Source of the DNA: Nitrospirota bacterium
Lineage (GTDB): Bacteria > Nitrospirota > UBA9217
Assembly (NCBI GenBank): GCA_963754875.1
Contig: CAVWHO010000011.1
Span: forward strand, 1-64,000
Reading direction: 5' to 3'
DNA length: 64,000 nt
A model generated the notes under the pieces. That model was given only the letters and a program-made list of their open reading frames with translations, was not told where the DNA came from and did not search any database. The position numbers and the translations under genes were made by a program. How positions within the stretch are numbered: position 1 is the stretch's first letter; every line of letters starts with the position of its first letter. This document shows positions 30,610 through 40,973 of this stretch, piece after piece.

Positions 30610-31770
30610 TTACCGGTTCTGCTTCTCCATGCCCGACTTGATCTCAGGCTTGATTTTCCTGCCCGGCTCGATTCCCCCTGGATTGATAATTACCCTGTCT
30701 CCTTCTTTGATCCCCTCCAGAACAGTCGCCCGTTGTCCGTCCTGCAGCCCGGTAACGACCGGATGGAAACTGGTTATGCCGTCGGAAATCACCATCACTC
30801 CTTTGGCTCCGTTCCGCTCCGTTATGGCGGACAAGGGCACAGCAGGAGCAGTCTGAACGCCCGTATCAATATCAACCCCGGTTTCTTCACCGATGACCAG
30901 GGGAGCGGGAAGAGTGTCAAACATCACATCCACCTCCAGTTCACGTGTCACCGTGTCTGCCTCTTTGTTGAGGCGAATGACTTCTCCGGGAAAAACCCGC
31001 CCCGAGCGCAACGTGATTACCGCTTTCTGTCCCTCGCGCAATTGGGCTATCTTGGTCTCGTCGATCCATGAGGCCGCCCAGATCTGGTAATTTACCATTT
31101 GAAAGATGGGCGCGCCGGGAGACACGGTATCACCCGCTTCCGCCTTGCGCACGGTGATGACGCCGTCCATAGGTGCGACAATACGCGCATAACCGGAGAG
31201 CGCTTCAGCTGCATGAGTTTCCGACTCCGCCTGGCTTACTGCTGCTTCCATGGCATTCACGGCTGCCTGCTGAGCGGCGACATCGCTTTCGGCCACGCCA
31301 AGAGCGGTCTTTGTAGTGTCAAACGCAGCTTGCGAGATGTAACCAGGCGTGAAAACTTCCAGGTCCCGTTGATAATTGCTTTGTGCAAGGGCGAGGGTGG
31401 CCTTGGCCCTTACCAGGTCGGCCTTGGCCCGGCCGAGGTCGCGCTCTGCGCGGTTCCTGGCAGCATGGGCTGCGGCCTCCCTCGCACGCAGTTCGGCAGA
31501 ATCCAGTTCTGCCAGCAGTCGGCCTCTTCGCACCTTGTTTCCCTGGTCCGCATAGAGCTTCGTTATGATGCCAGTAATTTTAGTGCTTACTGTCACCGGC
31601 ACCTTCGACTGCACGGTGCCGGGCCCGTGAACACTGCCGTGAATATCCATTTTTTTCACCACGATTGCAACTACGCTCGGATGACGCAGAAACATCCGGT
31701 AGCCGACAAACAACAGGACAAGAGCGGCAACAACGGCGATCACAATCACTTTTTTCCCTGGCAGCTTCAC
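30610..31770 (-). CDS. Efflux periplasmic adaptor (membrane fusion protein)
   Basis: Lipoyl halves (ITGIITKLYADQG, IVAPMDGVI) around a helical hairpin; GTG start overlaps the TolC-family stop. Confidence 0.9.
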   Translation of the reverse strand: MKLPGKKVIVIAVVAALVLLFVGYRMFLRHPSVVAIVVKKMDIHGSVHGPGTVQSKVPVTVSTKITGIITKLYADQGNKVRRGRLLAELDSAELRAREAAAHAARNRAERDLGRAKADLVRAKATLALAQSNYQRDLEVFTPGYISQAAFDTTKTALGVAESDVAAQQAAVNAMEAAVSQAESETHAAEALSGYARIVAPMDGVITVRKAEAGDTVSPGAPIFQMVNYQIWAASWIDETKIAQLREGQKAVITLRSGRVFPGEVIRLNKEADTVTRELEVDVMFDTLPAPLVIGEETGVDIDTGVQTAPAVPLSAITERNGAKGVMVISDGITSFHPVVTGLQDGQRATVLEGIKEGDRVIINPGGIEPGRKIKPEIKSGMEKQNR

Positions 31771-33200
31771 TTTTCCCGACCTCCATTCTCTCTTTCCCCG
31801 ACTGTAAGGCGCTGTTTCGATCCCGCGATTTGTTCGACCCGCGCTCGTGCAATCTCGTAATTCACCGCGTACCTGATGAAATCGAACCGGGATGCTGTCA
31901 GGTCCACCTGTGCCTGCAGCACATCCAAACCGATTGCCTTTCCATAGCGGTAAAGGGTCTCGGAGCTTTTGTACGCCTCTTCCTTGGCGACCAGGGTTTG
32001 CTGCGTAGCTGTCACTCCCTGACGGGCATTTTCCCAGTTCTTCCATGCGGTCGACAAATCCACGTGGAGACCATTGAGGCGGTCCCTTTTTCGTTCGATC
32101 GACTGAAGGTATCGGGAGTCGGCTGCTGCGGTCCGGGCCTTCGTCAACCCGCCCTCAAAAAAGGGGAACTCTAAAAAAATCCCGGCCATCCATTCGCCCC
32201 TGGTGCCTCCCGTGTCCTGGTAGCGCGTCCCCATATTCCCCTGGAGGCTGACTTCCGGGAAATAGCCGCCGTCGGCGGCCCTGGCGAAGGCACGGCTTTG
32301 TTCAACCTCCAGATCGAGCCGCCTGATTTCCGGATTGTTTTTCAGAGTCTCCTGCCACAACGAGTCAATCCCGGGAGCCGGCATGAATTCCTCGGGCAGC
32401 CCTTCACGAATGTCCACTGTCGCCTGCTCTTTCAGACCCATGATCCGGGCCAGGATTTCGCCTGCCAGAGAGACGGCGTTTTCAGCTTCCGTTCTGGCCA
32501 GTTCCGTGTCCGATACCTGCGATTGTGCCCTGAGACAGTCTAGTCTGGTCACCTTACCGGCCTTGAAAAAGGCTTCGGTAAGAACGGCAAAATCCTGCCT
32601 TTGTTTCAAAGCCGCCATAGCCGCCTTGAGGTCCTCTTTAGCCTCTACAAGACGGTAGAAAGCTTCGGCTACGGCGTACGTCACTTCGTCGGCAGTCCTC
32701 AGTTCCTCCTGCCTCTGCGCGTCCGCGCCGATTCTTGCGGCTTGCGTGTCGTATTGTGTTTTCCCTCCGTTGAAGAGGACCTGTTTGCCGGTAACGCTTA
32801 CCAGCCCTTCCTCTTTGAATAATGCCATATCCGGATTGCCCCCTCCAGGCGACAACCGGTCTGGGTTTGCTCTTTCGTAGTGGGAGACCAGGGAAAGCTT
32901 CGGGAAATATTCTGATCGAGCAGCCTGATAATCCGCGAGCAATTCTCGGACTTTTTCCGCGGCGCCGCTCAGGAGCGGGCTGTTTTCCCGTGCGAGTGCA
33001 AGACAATCTTCGAGGCTAAGCGACTGATATGCGCCGTCTCTGGCCGTTTCAGCCTGGGCATTCGCCCATGGTGTGAACAGGAGCAATACGCAGAGAACAA
33101 GGAATTGCAGGCACGTTCCGGGGCTGTCTTCTGTGCATTTCGACCAGGGAAATTCGCGCTGCGACTGTCCAAGGTCAGTCAGTTTTTCGATGGTAGACAT
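31767..33200 (-). CDS. TolC-family outer-membrane efflux protein
   Basis: LSLEDCLALA, YFPKLSL and YFPEVSL repeats, LDVLQAQ. Confidence 0.9.
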   Translation of the reverse strand: MSTIEKLTDLGQSQREFPWSKCTEDSPGTCLQFLVLCVLLLFTPWANAQAETARDGAYQSLSLEDCLALARENSPLLSGAAEKVRELLADYQAARSEYFPKLSLVSHYERANPDRLSPGGGNPDMALFKEEGLVSVTGKQVLFNGGKTQYDTQAARIGADAQRQEELRTADEVTYAVAEAFYRLVEAKEDLKAAMAALKQRQDFAVLTEAFFKAGKVTRLDCLRAQSQVSDTELARTEAENAVSLAGEILARIMGLKEQATVDIREGLPEEFMPAPGIDSLWQETLKNNPEIRRLDLEVEQSRAFARAADGGYFPEVSLQGNMGTRYQDTGGTRGEWMAGIFLEFPFFEGGLTKARTAAADSRYLQSIERKRDRLNGLHVDLSTAWKNWENARQGVTATQQTLVAKEEAYKSSETLYRYGKAIGLDVLQAQVDLTASRFDFIRYAVNYEIARARVEQIAGSKQRLTVGERENGGREK

Positions 33201-33661
33201 CCCACCTGCCTCCCGCTTTTCATCGTCTGTTCTATCAGATCGAGGAACTTCTGCTGCTGGTTCGAGTCGAGAGACTCCTTTATCTCCAATATGTGGCCGA
33301 CAATCATCCGCTGCATCTCTTCCTGTTTTTCGCTTATCTCCTTGATCGTGGCATCAATCGCCTTTTTATCGGGTTTTTGATAACGCATGAGCGCCACTAA
33401 CTCCTTTCTTTTTGCGTCTATCTCCTGCCTGCGTTTATCTATCTCCGCACGAAAAAGCATTGCTTCTTTTTTCATTACCACCATTTGTTCGGGCTTCAGC
33501 GACAACTCTTCAAATAAAAACCTGTCTTTCTCCATGACCCCGCCGAAGGGAGACACCCATAGACGGGACTGCGCGTAATACCGGTATCCGGCGGTCGCGA
33601 ATATCGTCAGGTTCAGGATTAAGGAAACGGCCAGGGTGAACTTGAGGAGGTTATTTTTCAT
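33179..33661 (-). CDS. Periplasmic Spy/CpxP/ZraP-like (heavy-metal sensor-like) protein
   Basis: N-terminal TM (SLILN), LSLKPEQ and LDSNQQ LTxxQ-like motifs. Confidence 0.75.
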   Translation of the reverse strand: MKNNLLKFTLAVSLILNLTIFATAGYRYYAQSRLWVSPFGGVMEKDRFLFEELSLKPEQMVVMKKEAMLFRAEIDKRRQEIDAKRKELVALMRYQKPDKKAIDATIKEISEKQEEMQRMIVGHILEIKESLDSNQQQKFLDLIEQTMKSGRQVGCLPSKN

Positions 33662-34103
33662 TGCTGGCCTCCGTCATGGCTAGATACGCGCTGCCCAGGG
33701 ATCCGGGAGGAACCGGATCGAACAGATCGAGGGAAAGCGATGATGCAAGGTTCGCTGTATTCACGGTTGAATGGCCGTTCGTCATGACCTTCCCTGCAAG
33801 AATGCCCACGGTGATGACAAAGAGCAAGACAGCCACCTCCGCGGATCTGATGAAAAACGGAACAAACCATGGCGATTTCTTCCTCTCCAGCGATGCGGTC
33901 CGCGCCATGACCCTTGCGGCGAATCCGTAGGGGGCATGATGGCGCTCCGCTTTTGCAAACGCAGCTCGCAGTGAGCGCAGCTCCTCAAGCGTTTGCGAGC
34001 AGATGTCGCAGCCTTGCAAATGGCTTTCAAACGCGGCCTTTTCACGAAACCCCGGTTCTTTATCAAGGTATGCCGAGATAAATTTTGACTTTGGACAACT
34101 CAT
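33651..34103 (-). CDS. Zinc-binding anti-sigma factor (zf-HC2)
   Basis: MSC...ISAYLD...HLQGCDIC (HxxxCxxC) and one TM. Confidence 0.85.
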   Translation of the reverse strand: MSCPKSKFISAYLDKEPGFREKAAFESHLQGCDICSQTLEELRSLRAAFAKAERHHAPYGFAARVMARTASLERKKSPWFVPFFIRSAEVAVLLFVITVGILAGKVMTNGHSTVNTANLASSLSLDLFDPVPPGSLGSAYLAMTEASNEK

Positions 34104-34117
34104 TTTTATCACCTATC

Positions 34118-35525
34118 TGTCAAATGTCAGGACATCGGTTACCCGTTTCTAATGGTCCGAAATGTCAAGACATCGGTTACCCAAGGCTGGTAACGGAGTC
34201 CTCAGGTAGTAAGTCTTCAGGCAATCGGTACTCGAAAGTATCGACAGTGTCGTTCCCGAGGTAGAGCTGCACTGAATGGATTTTCGTCACAATTTGTGCC
34301 CTTACGTAAGAGTATACGAGGTCTTTTGATACCTCGAAGCGTTCACCGAAGATGTCGAGTTTCCGATCACTTCGAATGAACCGAATGACAGAAATACATC
34401 CATCCGGAATGAAGCTGAGGTCAGGCATCTTGGTATTCGATCCTACTGTTACCGGCGTAAAATTGTAGGCGGCCTGCCTCATCTCAAAAGGGGTTTTTCC
34501 CTTAAGGAAGCTGTAACGGTGATACTTGTTGTGAAACCGCTGGAAATTCTTGCTCTGCCGCTTCAGAACGGTATAGCTTGAAAACCATTGTCTGTGGTAG
34601 AACTTTTTGTCGTAGGTGTTGTTAAAATGCTCAACGACGCCGTTGCGCCACGGTTCGGCAATCGGGATAAAGACCGGATGGACACCATAGGCCAAGCAAA
34701 GCCGTATGACCATTCCGAAAGATCGGGGGTAACGATTGCTGCCGCGGAAGTTCAGCGCATTGTCCATCTGGAGATAATCAGGAATCCCCATGGTCTTCCA
34801 GCAGCGTAAAAGCCCATGGCAGACGTGGGAATCCTCCTTTGTTCTTTGAGCCTCTATGTATACTTCACGGTCGAACAGATCGATAACGTTCATCGAATAG
34901 AATCTGCCGTCTCCTTTAATGTAACGCGGTCCTACCAGATCCATCTGGTGAATGTTGTTGCTGCACAGAGCTTCGATGAAGTAAGGGTATTCGACCCCTT
35001 TCGGTACATAGGCTGTTTTTTTTTACGAGCCCTTCGCGCTTCAGCACTCGGTTAATTGTACTATCCGAAGGGAACGGTAAATCCTGCTTCTTGAGTTCCC
35101 ACTTGATGGCCGAGACACCGATCTGGGAATAGGGAGCAGCTACCAACTGTTGTCTGGTCGAAAGGATGCGCTCTTTTTCTTCCTGGTCGATCTCTGAGGG
35201 CCTTGTTTTGGGAGCCCGGGATTGTTCTTTGTACCAGTCTGGTGCTCCGGTCTGATAGCGGTTCAGCCATTTGAAGAACCACTTTTTGGATCGGTTCAAG
35301 CTGGTATAGACATCCTTGGGTGATTCACCTCCTTGGATGTGTCTATTAATTGCGGTTTGTCTTAGTTCTTCTTCCATCAGTGCTCTCCTTTGACGATCTC
35401 GGATAAGGAGAGCATGATAGCATTAAATGCAGACTAGGACACCGATGTCCTGATGTAAAAAAAATGACGTTTCGGGTAACCGATGTCTTGACACATCTGG
35501 GTAACCGATGTCCTGAAACTTGTCA
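34118..35525 (-). mobile_element. IS481-like insertion sequence, 1408 bp, 6-bp target duplication
   Basis: TG...CA ends, repeated GACATCGGTTACCC boxes (34131, 34169; inverted at 35474, 35499), direct repeat CCTATC at 34112-34117 and 35526-35531. Confidence 0.88.
34177..35377 (-). CDS. DDE transposase (HTH plus integrase core) in two ORFs joined at an A9 run
   Basis: HTH ORF 34916-35377; rve core QMD...QMDN...NGVVEHFN in 34177-34944; removing one A at 35016-35024 fuses them. Confidence 0.85.
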
Positions 35526-35545
35526 CCTATCTATTAAACGATCTA

Positions 35546-36124
35546 CTATGGATTTTGTTCCCTGAATTTTTTCATTAATTTTCGCAGCTCCTCCCGCGCT
35601 CGCGCTATGCGAGATTTGACCGTTCCTATTGAAATATCGAGAGTATCCGCGATTCCCTCGTAGGACATCTCCTCAATTTCCTTGAGGATGATGATTGCCC
35701 GCAATTTCGGCGACAATTTCCCAAGACTTTCCTGCAATGCCTGGTCTATCTGCTTTGACTGGTATAGTTGCTCCGGAGATGGCGCATCCGAAGCCCGGTC
35801 ATGGACAAGCCTTTCCCCTTCCTCTGAACCGCCGAAAAGGGATTCAAAGATCGGCTTTTTCTTATAATCAATGCAGGTGTTGGTTGCGATGCGGTAGAGC
35901 CAGGTATAGAGCGATGCTTCGGGCTGGAATTTGGTCAGGGCCTGGTAGGCTTTCAAGAACACATTCTGCGCGGCGTCCTCTGCATCTTCGGCGTTCCCAA
36001 GCATATGACGGCAGAGGTTGTATATCTTGTCCTGGTATTTGAGGACGATATGTCCGAATGCAGATGTATTTCCTTTTTTAAAGCTATCTATAAGATTGAG
36101 ATCATCAGCGTTTTGCACGGTCAA
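35546..36124 (-). CDS. ECF RNA polymerase sigma factor (RpoE/SigW-like)
   Basis: DAEDAAQNVFLKAY, TWLYRIATN, IGTVKSRIARAR. Confidence 0.93.
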   Translation of the reverse strand: MTVQNADDLNLIDSFKKGNTSAFGHIVLKYQDKIYNLCRHMLGNAEDAEDAAQNVFLKAYQALTKFQPEASLYTWLYRIATNTCIDYKKKPIFESLFGGSEEGERLVHDRASDAPSPEQLYQSKQIDQALQESLGKLSPKLRAIIILKEIEEMSYEGIADTLDISIGTVKSRIARAREELRKLMKKFREQNP

Positions 36125-36485
36125 TATGATACATGACTATCATAAAATATTCCATAAGAGACTGTTTTAACATACTGGGGCGGGTATTTCGGGATGAAGA
36201 TTTTAACGAATTCGGAATGAGTCTTTATGAGTTTCAGGAAGCGGCAACCACAACACCTTCAGGATCAGGTAATGCACCTTGACTGGTCAGCTATTATGTA
36301 CAAGCTTCAGGAAAGCTATTGTCTGCACGTTTCAACCGGATTAATTCTTCACTTCTGTTTGGTCGGAGCCCCATGCGGAGCACACATACAAACACGGGTC
36401 GCGATGGGTTGCAACTCGAGCGAATTCGGTTGTAATATTCACATACTACATTGCCCCAGAAGGACATCCCTTAGCCGAATCCGTT

Positions 36486-37985
36486 TTACTCTATTTTGAA
36501 AAGCACTGCCCCATCGTCGCGGTATACTTCCCGAAAGGGCGCGGCGCGGAGTTCAGGATAGCGATCCACGCGATTCGCCCGAAGAATGAGCCAGTGAGCT
36601 TGAAGCATGTCCGCCAACGCACGGCCGTCCAGGCGGGTCAGATGGCGCCTGAAGTTTTCAAGCTGGACCGCCTTGTTTCGGTCGTAGCGGATCGTGTAGG
36701 TGGGATCGAGGCCCCAGATGTACCGCTGCCGCGGCGCGGCATAAAACAAGTCCGGGAAATCGTCCCAGAATAGATTGATCACAGTTTCGTCCGACGCCAG
36801 ATGCGGCTCCATCCAGAGCGACGCCCCCTGAAAAAAAAGCGGCGGGGCGGCTTTGGTCTGATAATACACGTAGAATTTCATGGAGTAGACGTGAAAGGCC
36901 AGGAGCATGCCGATTGCTACAGCAGCAATAAACCAGCGCAGACGTTTGATGATCGCGGGCAAACGCGGAACAACGTCCTGCGCTGAGAGCGTGTCCCGCG
37001 TCACGAAAGCTATCGCAATGGCCAGGAGCAGCACCGAATACTCGACGAAACGCGCCGATGCCATGGTCATTCCAAACCAACAGAGCGCCGACAGGACAAC
37101 GCCGAGCGTTTCCGGAGACAAACGCTTTCTGCGAAGCAGCACGAACAGCACGAGCAGCGGGATCAGGATCACAATCAGGGGATAGATGTTGAAAAAAACA
37201 CTCAAAGAGTAGGGATAGATTTCGTTGCCGAGTTCAAAGCCGGACTTGGCGACCCCTTGCAGCCCTATTCGGAAAATCTGCACATAGGTGAGGAACGTCT
37301 CGAGAGTCATCGGTGAATAGGGGTGCAAAGTGAGGCCCAAGATCGAGCCGATCCCCGTAGCAGCAACGGACCGATAATCCAGCCCGCCCCTTCCAAGCCA
37401 CTGCCCCACAGCGAATGATGCGGCGGTGATAAACAAGACAAAGGGGACCGTGTAGCTCCAAGCAAACACAAACCCCAACACGAACAAGGCCCTCCATCGT
37501 CGATGCAGCAGGAAGTGAATGCCGAACATGAGCAGCAGCATGCTCAGCACATGAGACCGGATCATGCCTAGCCGTGCGATGAACAACCCACCCATGCCGA
37601 GAGGCAATGCGCTAAAGAATAGGGGCCAACGGACCTTGTTCGCGTGAAGCACCCAGAAGAGCGCTCCAATGACCGCCACCGAGAGGAGCGTGGCAAAAAT
37701 CCGTGCGCCGAGGATCGGCTCGCTGCCGAGCTGGGCGAACGGCATCATCGCAAGGTGATACAGAAACTCCTTGTCGCAGTAGTGGTCTTTCCAGGTGCTG
37801 AGCTGCGTCCAGGGAAAGCTTTGAGAAATCAACCTCCCCGGCATCAGCTGGGCGAGACGCGCATGATAATAACCGTCTCGCTCGAACAGGCCGTTTTGAA
37901 ACAGGGCTGTCGCTGCATATAAACAAAATACGTAAACGAAAAACAGCACCCTTACTAGAGGTTCTGCTACCGAGACTTTCTTCAT
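36486..37985 (-). CDS. Polytopic membrane protein, possible GT-C-type glycosyltransferase
   Basis: 499 aa, many TMs, DGYYH motif in the first loop, soluble C-terminal domain. Confidence 0.55.
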   Translation of the reverse strand: MKKVSVAEPLVRVLFFVYVFCLYAATALFQNGLFERDGYYHARLAQLMPGRLISQSFPWTQLSTWKDHYCDKEFLYHLAMMPFAQLGSEPILGARIFATLLSVAVIGALFWVLHANKVRWPLFFSALPLGMGGLFIARLGMIRSHVLSMLLLMFGIHFLLHRRWRALFVLGFVFAWSYTVPFVLFITAASFAVGQWLGRGGLDYRSVAATGIGSILGLTLHPYSPMTLETFLTYVQIFRIGLQGVAKSGFELGNEIYPYSLSVFFNIYPLIVILIPLLVLFVLLRRKRLSPETLGVVLSALCWFGMTMASARFVEYSVLLLAIAIAFVTRDTLSAQDVVPRLPAIIKRLRWFIAAVAIGMLLAFHVYSMKFYVYYQTKAAPPLFFQGASLWMEPHLASDETVINLFWDDFPDLFYAAPRQRYIWGLDPTYTIRYDRNKAVQLENFRRHLTRLDGRALADMLQAHWLILRANRVDRYPELRAAPFREVYRDDGAVLFKIE

Positions 37986-38750
37986 ACGCCATTCAATGTA
38001 GTACGACGTGGTTTTAGAGATTACGGCCGTTGTAAAAGTAGCCCGCTAAAGGTAGACGATTTTCTCGCTGGAAAGTATTATAGAAACCTCATATAACCGA
38101 GTTACGATAATAACCACTCTTATGCCATATAACGTATCCTCATTCACCTGGCCTCACAGAGAAACCCTGACTTTGTAAGGATGCGTAGCGGCAGATATCC
38201 CCTCCGTATATTGAGATAAGGGGAATGGCCATGGCCTGTGCGTATTTGGCAGTCACGGAGATGTTATCTCCTGGGATTGAATCAGCTTAGCTATAAAACT
38301 TGCCACGCCATTCATTAATATTTATGTCAAATATATATCGAATGCAATTTTATGTCAACGTCAAATGGGTATTTTACGGGTATAACGTTAACGAATATTA
38401 ATATTCCAATCGGAATCTTTCATTGGAAGGACCACGGACAACAGCCGATATCACTCCACTCATACAGCATTGGAGGAATACATCGGATGTGCTGGAAGGC
38501 ATGATCAATTCATATCTCGTGTCCGCTTACTTATAAACGGGGGCTTTAAATGGAGCAGCAAGTTTGACGATCCGAACCTCTTTGCATACTATCGTGGTAC
38601 CTTATGCAGGCTCTGGATTTCCGAATCAAGTGAAACGAGGTATAATAATATCACTGTCACCTGCTGAGATCAGATGAGGTGACCCTTCTTGCTCCCGCGT
38701 ACGGAGGATCAGAGAAGGAAAAGATGTGGCGAAAAGGAGGTCAGGAAATC

Positions 38751-39314
38751 ATGAATGCTCACGCTAGGCTAAGAACTCTTGTCGCGCTGCTCTTGAGCAT
38801 GGTGATATTTTTCATCGCTGTTCCTGTTGCGACCGCGTTGACAAGAGCTGAAATTGATGTCGGAGTCACAGCGACTCTGTCCCGATTCAAGAAGGATATC
38901 AAGGGAGGCTCCGAATATCTGAAGGCAGCGAAGGGTGTGCTGGTCATGCCACACATCACCAAAGCCGGCTTCATTGTCGCCGGGCAGTATGGCCAGGGTT
39001 CTCTTCAAGTCGGCGGCAAGCCCGTCCGGTACTACAGCCTCGTATCGGGCTCACTGGGATATCAGATCGGCGCCGAGCAGTATGACATGGTCATTGTGTT
39101 TATGACCGACGATGCCCTAAATAAATTCCGCAAAAGTGAGGGCTGGGAGGCGGGGGTGGACGCCGAAGTAACGTTTGTTAAAGTTGGGGCCGACGCTTCC
39201 GTCGAGACCCTCAGGAGCCAGAATCCTATCGCCGGGTTTGTCTTCGATCAGAAGGGTTTGATGGCAGGAGTCTCTTTCAAAGGCGCCAAGTTTACACCGA
39301 TTCATCCGGAGTAA
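38751..39314 (+). CDS. SYLF/Ysc84-like lipid-binding domain protein
   Basis: Signal peptide, AKGVLVMP..KAGFIVAGQYGQG, GYQIGA, GLMAGVSFKG. Confidence 0.85.
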   Translation: MNAHARLRTLVALLLSMVIFFIAVPVATALTRAEIDVGVTATLSRFKKDIKGGSEYLKAAKGVLVMPHITKAGFIVAGQYGQGSLQVGGKPVRYYSLVSGSLGYQIGAEQYDMVIVFMTDDALNKFRKSEGWEAGVDAEVTFVKVGADASVETLRSQNPIAGFVFDQKGLMAGVSFKGAKFTPIHPE

Positions 39315-39456
39315 GACGCTTTTAAGGAAAGTATCTCCGCCATGTGCTGCGCCCGTTCCCTCGGTACAGGGAAATCATAGGACGCAGCACTTCAGAACGT
39401 GCGCCAAAGAGACGTTCATGACGTGTTGAGAATGTGGGAGAGATCAAGGAGGTTGT

Positions 39457-39951
39457 ATGACGAAAAAATCATTATTGATTGCTTTCGGAGGAGGAGCCAT
39501 GTATCTGATGTTCGGTCTCTTTACTCCGGCAGCAAGTTATGCCGAGGTGAACGTCAATATCAACATCCCCCTGCCCGGGCTGGTCATTCCGGCACCGCCG
39601 GCCCTGGTCGTGATCCCCGGCACTTATGTGTACTATCCGCCTGACGTCCAGGTGGACATTTTTTTCTATCACGGATACTGGTATCGCCCACATAGGGGAG
39701 GGTGGTATATCTCTACGGGTTATAACGGTCCCTGGCGCGCTGTCGGGCCCGGCCGGGTGCCTCGCGCCCTGATCAGAGTGCCGCCCACCTACCGCCGCAT
39801 TCCTCCTGGACATGAGCGTATGCCTCACGACATGGTCCAGAGAAACTGGCGGACTTGGGAGAAGGAACGCCATTGGGACAAGCCCAGAGGCGAGAATGGC
39901 GGGCCGGGACGCGGAAGAGGTCACGGCAGGGGAAGACACGATAACGATTAG
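39457..39951 (+). CDS. Secreted Pro/Trp/Arg-rich hypothetical protein
   Basis: GGAGG RBS, signal peptide, VNVNINIP, YNGPW, C-terminal GRGH repeats. Confidence 0.75.
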   Translation: MTKKSLLIAFGGGAMYLMFGLFTPAASYAEVNVNINIPLPGLVIPAPPALVVIPGTYVYYPPDVQVDIFFYHGYWYRPHRGGWYISTGYNGPWRAVGPGRVPRALIRVPPTYRRIPPGHERMPHDMVQRNWRTWEKERHWDKPRGENGGPGRGRGHGRGRHDND

Positions 39952-39970
39952 CCTTATGATCAGTTGTTTC

Positions 39971-40001
39971 AGGGCCGCCGGCACAAGGCGGCCCTTCTTT
40001 T
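39971..40001 (+). terminator. Rho-independent terminator
   Basis: AGGGCCGCC/GGCGGCCCT stem followed by TCTTTT, 20 bp after the stop. Confidence 0.8.
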
Positions 40002-40350
40002 ATGTCTTATGCCAACACCGCCAGTAAAGTTGAACGCATCAGCGGGGAGAAGATGAGCCTGGACGAACTGCAGTGGTTGCGGGCCGCGCTCCAGTGCATG
40101 GTTACCCCTATACCAGCGCCGTCTTCGAGCTTTTCTTCGGATTTCAGAATCGTTCCGTCTGCAATCGGCCACGTCGTGCTTTCTATGGACCGATAGATAA
40201 CTCTTCCACCGCAATAAAGTAATAAGACTCCTGCAAGTATGATTGGATTACATAAAAGTCTTTATTTTTAAGGGCCAAAGTTTTGGATTCGGCATCTGAT
40301 CAGTTTGATCCATGCAATCTCCTCGCGAACGTATCCGTATCCTTTGCAAT

Positions 40351-40647
40351 TTACTTTTTATCAGGCGTGCATAACTCGTTGCACCGCTGCTTCGCATAGT
40401 CCCAAGCGGAAAACGTGACCTTCTCCGCGCCCTCGCCCACAATAAAAGGGTCCTCGCCAGACGACACATAGCTATCGTAGAGTTGTTTCGGGGTCATGCC
40501 AGGACGACAAGCAGCACGCAGACATTCGTCCACAATTCGTTGAGCAGCCTCGATTGCAGCCTCCTTCGTGGGAAATGATCCCAGCTCGGTGCGCTCGTCT
40601 TCATCCATAAAGTGGTAATTGTCGTCAACTAAGACCCGGAAGGTCAT
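40351..40647 (-). CDS. Hypothetical protein
   Basis: 98 aa with protein-like composition (VLVDDNYHFMDE...GEDPFI...FSAWDYA). Confidence 0.65.
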   Translation of the reverse strand: MTFRVLVDDNYHFMDEDERTELGSFPTKEAAIEAAQRIVDECLRAACRPGMTPKQLYDSYVSSGEDPFIVGEGAEKVTFSAWDYAKQRCNELCTPDKK

Positions 40648-40707
40648 TTAAGGCGCCTCACAGCAATGACGAATAACCGAACAACGATATGAGCACTATC
40701 AAATCAT

Positions 40708-40941
40708 TTAGCGAAGTCGTTGCATCGCTAAATGGTATTTTTCAAGCCGCTGATGATATTTTTCGGTAGGCTCTACTATTCGAGATGGATCAGAATTGTC
40801 CTCCAGATTAGCCAGCTTTACGCGCCGACCAATAGTTTTTTTGCCGGCCCGATCCTGGATGACCTCGTCTTGTGTGGCATCATCAACATCCGCATCGAAC
40901 CCCTTCCAATAGCAGTGCTTGACTTCCTCGTCTTCGATCAA
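40708..40941 (-). pseudogene. C-terminal remnant of a small HD-domain (RelA/SpoT hydrolase-like) protein
   Basis: RVKLANLEDNSDPSRI...RLEKY resembles the VKLADxxDN motif; no N-terminal HD motif. Confidence 0.55.
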
Positions 40942-40973
40942 GGATGGAGCTTTCTATCGGCGTCACGGAGGTC

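Noticed and set aside
30610..32046. 478-aa adaptor protein with a long N-terminal extension
   Set aside because: The extension overlaps the TolC-family gene; the GTG at 31770 has a GGAGG RBS and a coupled stop/start
34118..34123. Outward-facing TTGACA at the IS end forming a hybrid promoter for the anti-sigma gene
   Set aside because: No acceptable -10 hexamer at 16-18 bp spacing, and it would fall inside the start of the anti-sigma gene
34118..34182. Repeated GACATCGGTTACCC boxes as a mini-CRISPR or iterons
   Set aside because: They are mirrored at 35474-35512 and are explained as transposase-binding repeats of the IS ends
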